Shown here: positions 20,601 through 26,376 of the stretch, one piece after another
Layout of the letters: each line of letters begins with the position of its first letter
How positions within the stretch are numbered: position 1 is the stretch's first letter
NCBI GenBank assembly: GCA_000388065.2
Contig: KB932203.1
Strand: one strand, 5' to 3'
Source of the DNA: Fonticula alba ATCC 38817
Taxonomy: Eukaryota; Protista; Nucleariida
Length of the DNA: 26,376 nt
Made by a program: the position numbers and the translations under genes
Notes under the pieces: model-generated
Database searches by the model: none
The model's input: only the letters and a program-made list of their open reading frames with translations
What the model was told of the DNA's origin: nothing

Positions 20601-21333
20601 CTGAAATGCCCCCTCCCCCCCCTCCCCCCATCTTACCCAATCCGAAATACACCTTCGACTGACACCGATGCCCTCCCCCCCCCCCATCTGCAAGTCGCGT
20701 CTCCTCCCAGCCGGGGCCACCCTGATCGTGGCCGAGGACATTAACGGCGGCACAGAGCGCGCCCGGGCCGCCATGGAGAAGGCCCACGACGAGGTGGCCG
20801 CCCTGGAGGCGGCGCGCGCCACGGCCAAGCCGGCTGCCGCTGGCGATCTCGACGCCGAGGCCGGACCCGCGGCCGGCGACTTTGCTGCCATCACCGCGGC
20901 CCCTGGGAACCGGCCGACCGTCCTGGCAGTCGGCCTGGCGGCCGGCGGCGGCCCGGTCGACCGGGCCCACACGAACGAGCGCATGAAGACCCTCTCCGGG
21001 CGCATGATCAACCCGCTGAACATCACCGCCGCCGGGGCCCAGCTGCATGGCGGCGTGACCTCCTCGGCGGCCGGGGCCAGTGCGGCTGACCAGGCCCGGG
21101 CCGACTTCGAAATGGCCCTCGAGTCGTCGGCCACCGTGCAGGGCGCCACCGCCAAGCTGGGCGCCGTGCTGACGGACGCCGAAAAGCGCGACGAGCGCCG
21201 GGCCCTGCACCGGAAGCTGGACGCCGTCACCAAGCCAGCCAAGGGCTCGGACAATGGACCGAAGGGCGCCCGCTCCCAGAAGACCGTCCTCCAGCCGAGT
21301 TCCGGCAACCGCACCATGTCCTTCCAGCAGTAG
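17612..21333 (+). CDS. RRP6: Exosome 3'-5' exonuclease Rrp6/EXOSC10; exons 17612..18341, 18487..18619, 18872..19901, 20167..20269, 20363..20550, 20695..21333; about 940 aa
   Basis: PMC2NT-like HDFGFLSATNPAF...VGDVTDSLLE; PQQTFPDKVDNS; HPYAAEI. DEDDy motifs IAVDLEHHSYRSF, VLHGADSD, DWRIRPL and YAQMDTHYLL. HRDC WREGIARQEDESVPYILPN and C-terminal GNRTMSF. Intron phases are consistent; the last intron boundaries (GTACAT/AAG) and the start codon are less certain. Confidence 0.95.
18686..18850. repeat. pyrimidine-rich compound tandem repeats (8-bp ctctgccc, 10-bp ctcccccctg) in RRP6 intron 2
   Basis: ctcccccctg x4 exact from 18779, plus degenerate copies. Confidence 0.9.
20022..20165. repeat. compound (CACACACG)n/(CA)n satellite in RRP6 intron 3
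   Basis: Directly visible; includes a duplicated block of about 30 bp containing cgtttacgc. Confidence 0.9.
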
Positions 21334-21771
21334 CCGCGCCCGGGGCACATGTCCAGCCTGGCTGTCCGGCTGCTTCCCCCCTCTTCCTCCCTTTTCCCCC
21401 TTCGCCTCCCCCCTCTCTCCCCCTCCTCCCGCCCCGTCACACCTTTCTTGTGTGCACGCGCGTCCTGGCCCTCGGCCGGCATAGATGTCCCCCCCCCCCC
21501 TCCCCCCTCCCCTTGTATAATGAATGAGAATACCATAACCCGTTGCAGCAGGCGTGCATGCGCCCCTTGCCGAGAGAGGACGCTCGATCCTCGCCGCGCA
21601 GAAAAGGAAAAAAGCCCCGCCCCCGACAAACACCAAGTACACGCATTGATACATTACAGCGCGCCACATTGGCGCAGGGAGGCAGGCGAGGGGAGGCGAG
21701 GGGGCCGGCAAAAAGGAAAAAAAAAAGAAAGGCCAGCGTGGGGATGCAGGAGACACATTTTGTCTCCGGCC

Positions 21772-21830
21772 GCCCGGCCCGGCCCGGCCCGGCCCGGCCC
21801 GGCCCGGCCCGGCCCGGCCCGGCCCGGCCC
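21772..21830. repeat. (GCCCG)n pentamer repeat, about 12 copies, between the convergent RRP6 and CLC 3' ends
   Basis: Directly visible. Confidence 0.95.
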
Positions 21831-21862
21831 TGCCCCGCTCTCGGCCGCCTCCAGAGGGTCTT

Positions 21863-24800
21863 CTAATCGAGAGTGTCTAACATGCGCCGGTCCCGGCCCA
21901 GGGTGTGCCGGAGGACGTCGCGCCGGGTGATCATCGCCACCAAGGAGCCCACCGCCGGGTGGCCGACCGCCCCGACCGGGCCCCCACCGTCACCTGGCCA
22001 GTTCCCCGGCGAACGGGCGAACAAGTCCGCGGCGTCCATCGGCCCGGAGGACTTGACCGAGTCGCCCGCCGATGAGGGCGGCGATCGGGGCGACTGGGTG
22101 GAGGGCGCCGTGGCCGCCGGCCCGGCAGGCGGGCTGCCCTCGGCCGATGGCGGCCGACCCGGGGAGCCCCCCTCCAGCTCGGGAGGAGGGGCCTCGGACG
22201 GCAGCCCGGGCAGCAGCAGCCCCTCCGGCGACAGGGCCGCCCGGCTGACCAACGCCGCGCGGATGCCCAGCTGCTGGAACATGGTGATCAGGCTGCGGAC
22301 TGGGAAGATCTCCGATACAGTGACCGGCACCTGGCGTGCGGAGGTGCGCGCGCGCGCGCGTGCGTGCGTGCGTGTGTGTGTGTGCGTGTGTGTGTGTGTG
22401 AGAGGGCACGAGGCCGAGCCAGCGCGAGGGGGGCAGACTGAGGTTAGAGCCAGCGACACGCAGTGCGCGCGGAAGGGCAGGCCGGCGAAAGGGGAAAAGA
22501 ACAGGGAGAAGAAAAAAAGCCCCGTACAAAGTCCACAAACTGCCCGAAGGACAGGGCCCCCCGGGGCGGCGGCCCGGGCCCGAGGTAGATCACCGCCGAG
22601 TCGGGGATCGACCCGCCCTCGGCATGAGAGTCCCCCTCGCTGGGGGTCCCGGTCCCCCCCCCGAGCGGGACCATCGGAATGGACCCCGGCTGCCCGGAAG
22701 AGCAGCTCCCGGCGTCATCGGCCTCGCTCATGGTGGCGGCGCTCCGGCTGGCCCGGCGGTCGGCCTGCTCTTCGAGCTCATCCAGCTCGTCGGCCTCGAG
22801 CTCGACGGCCATCGAGTCGGCGTCCAGGTCGCTGTCGGGCGCGGCTCCGGCACGGGCTTCGGCCCGCACTCGGCGAGACTCCACGGTGTCCTGCTCGGCC
22901 GGGATGAAAGCCCTCCACAGGCCGCCCTCCGCGAAGAGGCCCAAGTCCAAGCGCGCCCACGGCGGCCGGCGAGTGGCCCGGGGAGCGCGACACCCGACCC
23001 CATCCCCGGGCAGTGCCCTGCCGGACAGCGCATGCAGCAGGTCCAGCCGCGAGGCCAAGCCCACCGGACGCATGGTCGCCAGGCTGTCCACAATCGGGTA
23101 CGCTCGTGGGGGCCGATCGGACGCCCGGTCCCCCGGCCGGTGGGGGTGCACCACGGACCGGAGCTCCAGCGCCCGGCGCAGGGCCCCGGCCCGGATCAAG
23201 CACGGCAGGGCCAGCAGCGGCGCCTCAAGTGGTGGCAGATCGCCCGCCGGGTCGCCCGCCGGGTCGCCCGGGGCCGCTGGCTGCCTGGCCGCGAGCTTGG
23301 CCCCCACCCGGCGCGGCCGGCCGATGGAGTCCTCCTCCGTGTGGCCGGACCCCGGGTGGAAGCTGGACCGCGACCACCCGGCCAGCAGGTACGCCAGCTC
23401 CGGGGCCGGCCCCGGAGCCGAGCGAGCCTTGTACACCGGCCGCAGGGCCACCAAATCCAGGACGTTATCCCGGCGGGAGTAGTTCTGTTTGCGCTCCAGG
23501 TACGGGTGGCCGTCGAAGATGAGCAGCTCCTCGAAGCTGTCACCGGGGTGCGGGCGTGTTCGTGTGCGTGTGCGGGACATTTTTTTTATGACATGCCCGT
23601 GGCAGGCCGGGGGGGGGGGGGGGTTAGTGCCATCATCCACCGGAGGGTGCCCTCAAGCCGGACAGGCAGACGCAAGGGCGGAGGCGGGCGGAGGCAGGCG
23701 GAGCCAAGGGCAACGGCGGATGCAACGCACATGCCGGCCGGGTGAATCACACGCGACACCCAGTAGGAGACAGCCACCACCAGGCACACAGGCAGGATGT
23801 ACTGCGTCTGGCCGGAGGCCTCCACCACAATGGCCACCGAGGCAACTGCACAACGAGACAGCAAAAAAAAAAAAAAGGTCAAGTTAGTTCCGGCTGCCTG
23901 AAAGGTGAGGGGGCGAGGCTGGCAACCGCGGCGCATGGCACGCACAAGTGATGCGAGAGGTGGACGCCATGAAGCCAGCGGCCCCGGCAATGGCATACAT
24001 GCTCAACGACACGCAGGAGGCCGGGAAGGACGCGATGCCCGACACGGCGCACCGATGGAAGGCCAGCGACGTCGGGTCATTGCTGTGTGCCGGCCAGGCC
24101 CCGACGAAAGAGCCGCGTTAGTGCCATGCCTGGACCCAATGGAGCGGGAGGGGGGGGGCTCTGAANNNNNNNNNNNNNNNNNNNNNNNNNNNNNNNNNNN
24201 NNNNNNNNNNNNNNNNNNNNNNNNNNNNNNNNNNNNNNNNNNNNNNNNNNNNNNNNNNNNNNNNNNNNNNNNNNNNNNNNNNNNNNNNNNNNNNNNNNNN
24301 NNNNNNNNNNNNNNNNNNNNNNNNNNNNNNCCTCCGGCATTATTTTTTTTACTAATCCCCCCCCCCTGGGTACTTGCAACATGCAGTCCTTCACCCCCCA
24401 CACCGCCCCGGCTGCCCGCCACCCCGCCGGTCCCCCCCCCCCCCCCCTCCCCCCCCCCCCCCCCACCCGCCCCCCACCCCCCACCCCCCGCCCACCCCCC
24501 CCCCCCCCCCTCCGCCCCCCCCCCCCCCCCCCCCCCCGCTCCCCCTCGCCCGCCACACCACTTGCTGAGAGTAGCCCACACGCACATGGCCCAGTAGCCG
24601 AGCAGCGTGCCGACCATGCGGCCGAACAGTGCCCCGAGGGCCAGAGAGGGGATGAAGATGCCAGCCGGCACGCGCAGGCCCGCCGACACGGCCAGCAGGG
24701 CGAATTTCAAGAAGAAGGCCCCAATCAGGCGCCCAATCAGACCCCCGACATCCTGGAAGCTGTGGCAGGCGGCGGGTCAGGAAAGGCCACGGCCGGCGGC

Positions 24801-26027
24801 AAGCGCCACATCGGGACCGAGCGAAGGGAAGAAAGGAAGAAACGGGCAAAAGGGGGGTCTGGATCCGGCACCGCGACCCGCGCGCGTGCGGACGCACTTG
24901 CACAGGCCCAGCGGCAGGCTGTCCGGATTGGTGGAGCACTCGCCGAAGAGCGTCCGCAGAAGGACCGCCTGCCCGGGCCAGGCCAGGGGGAAGTAAAATT
25001 GCGAGGCCACCGTGATCATGGCCACCAGGGACGCCTCCAGGATGCCGGGCCAGGCCCACCGCGCGAAGGCCTGGCGCAAAGGCGACCGCCGGCGCAGCCG
25101 ATTCAGGGTCATGATCAGGCGGATGATGATGGCCCCCAGGGCCCCGGTCAGCAGGCCCACCAGCAGCAGCCCCGGCAGGTCGATGTAATTCCAAGTCACC
25201 GGGATCAGGGGCTTATTGAACACGGCGAAGCGTGACCCGAGGGCGCCGAGCCGGTAGGGGTCCAGGAACTACGCCCCCCCCCCAGCCCCGCCACCCGGTG
25301 GGCGGCACCCCGCCAGCAGTGACAGGCATTCCCGGTGGTTAGGACCAAAGGCCGTGGCGATGCAGGGACAGCGAGGCAAAGAAAAAAGGGAGAGAGGGAG
25401 AGAGCCGAAGAGGGAAACACAGGGGCAATACCCCATGCGTCGTGGTCGACACACGGGCCGCAAGGGGCATCAGCATGGCAGGCGGCCGCCGGGCGCGCAC
25501 CGAGTAGAAAAACAGGCACACGGCCACGGTCCACAGGCACTTGAGCATGACCACCGGCGAGACAAAGTATCCACAGTCCTCGATGACATACAGCGCCGCG
25601 CCGAGGGGCGCCTGGAAGCTGCATGCCACCCCGGCACAGGCTCCAGCCATGGCCATGTCCCGCCGGGGGAGGGCCGACGCCCCGAGGCGCGGGAAGGCCC
25701 GGCTGACGGAATACGCCACGGCCGCGCTGGCCTGGATGATCGGCCCCTCAACGCCGAGCAGCAGCGAGGATGCCGAAGCAAAGGCCTGTCGTCCCGGCCG
25801 CCGGGCCGTCGGCAGGGAGACCCGCACGGTGGCCGAGCACGTCCCAGGGCGAGCCCAGCCGAGGAGAGACGCCGTTGCGTTAGAGAAGACACGGCCGGGT
25901 CCGATCGCGGGGGGGGGGGGGGGGGGGGGGGGGCGGGGGGGGCAGGCTCCCGCGCCCTTTGCCTGCCCCTCTCCCAGACAAGCAGACACATGGGGACGCG
26001 TGTGCATCTGCACGCCCGCGCGCCTGT

Positions 26028-26058
<31 letters not shown>

Positions 26059-26342
26059 CAGAGGCAAAAGGGATCGCATGCAAAGGAGCCACGCACCGCG
26101 GCCACGGTCTTCACTACGATGGTCCACCGACCGAGCAGCCGCCGACAGGAGCCGCCAGCCAGCACCGCCTTGACAGGTGGCAGACCGGACCCGGCGGCCA
26201 GCGGCCACACGCGCAGGACCACCATGGCAGCAATGCCGGCATAGAGGGCCTGCCACGATGCCAGCAGTCGGTCGGAGAGGGGGCCGAAGTGGAGATCCAA
26301 GAAGATGGCGTCGCCCGCATGGTCAGTGCATCTCGCGCCCAG
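21863..26342 (-). CDS. CLC-family chloride channel/transporter with two CBS domains, 5'-partial; exons complement(26097..26342, 25501..25785, 24898..25268, 24586..24759, 23946..24082, 23731..23845, 22528..23536, 21863..22330)
   Basis: AAGSGLPPVKAVLAG, KTVAA|AFASASSLLLGVEGP, AGACAGVACSFQAPLGAALYVIED, VGLLTGALGA, VPAGIFIPSLALGALFGRMVG, YAIAGAAGFMASTSRITFASVAIVVEASG, GIFEELLIFDGHPYL. CBS1 YPIVDS...GLASRLDLLHAL; CBS2 VPVTVSEIFP...FQQLGIR...AMITRRDVLRH. All seven introns are phase-consistent. Confidence 0.93.
22344..22400. repeat. compound (GC)n(TGCG)n(TG)n satellite in the last CLC intron
   Basis: Directly visible; CA-type on the CLC sense strand. Confidence 0.9.
24166..24330. other. assembly gap (165 N) inside a CLC intron
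   Basis: The flanking exons join in frame (GYWA-I-NDP). Confidence 1.
26029..26054. repeat. (CA)n microsatellite in a CLC intron
   Basis: Directly visible; pure (TG)n on the CLC sense strand. Confidence 0.95.
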
Positions 26343-26376
26343 CTACAAAGGCGCATGGTCGCGGTGGGGGGGGGGG

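Noticed and set aside
19819-21756. 645-aa minus-strand ORF
   Set aside because: Antisense shadow of RRP6 exons and introns, including translated microsatellite.
14175-26342. ZIP + RRP6 + CLC as a functional metal-homeostasis cluster
   Set aside because: Unrelated housekeeping neighbours in mixed orientation; no shared regulatory motif or evidence of conserved linkage is visible.

Overview
Eukaryotic, very GC-rich, intron-containing draft genomic DNA with six N gaps and many poly-G/poly-C and CA/TG tracts. The gene style and the fungal-like STK32 kinase suggest a holomycotan protist such as Fonticula alba; this is inference and unverified. Manual splicing gives six genes: (1) the 3' end of a Glu/Thr-rich repeat protein with a basic tail (+, absent from the ORF track); (2) a Cdt1-like replication licensing factor (-, 3 exons); (3) an STK32/YANK AGC-group kinase (+, 5' exon(s) not readable); (4) a ZIP metal transporter with a very long His-rich loop (+); (5) RRP6/EXOSC10 (+); (6) a divergent CLC channel/transporter with two CBS domains (-, continues past the window end). 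I found no rRNA, tRNA, CRISPR, transposase or prokaryotic system, and no convincing novel multi-gene system. The best leads are: C at intron position +4 in all 19 modelled donors (13 GTGCGT); a Cdt1 apparently lacking an intact C-terminal MCM-binding domain; and a CLC with altered signature motifs (GSGLPP, GVEGP, IED, Tyr->Phe). Most long ORFs in the supplied track are GC shadow frames or read through gaps.
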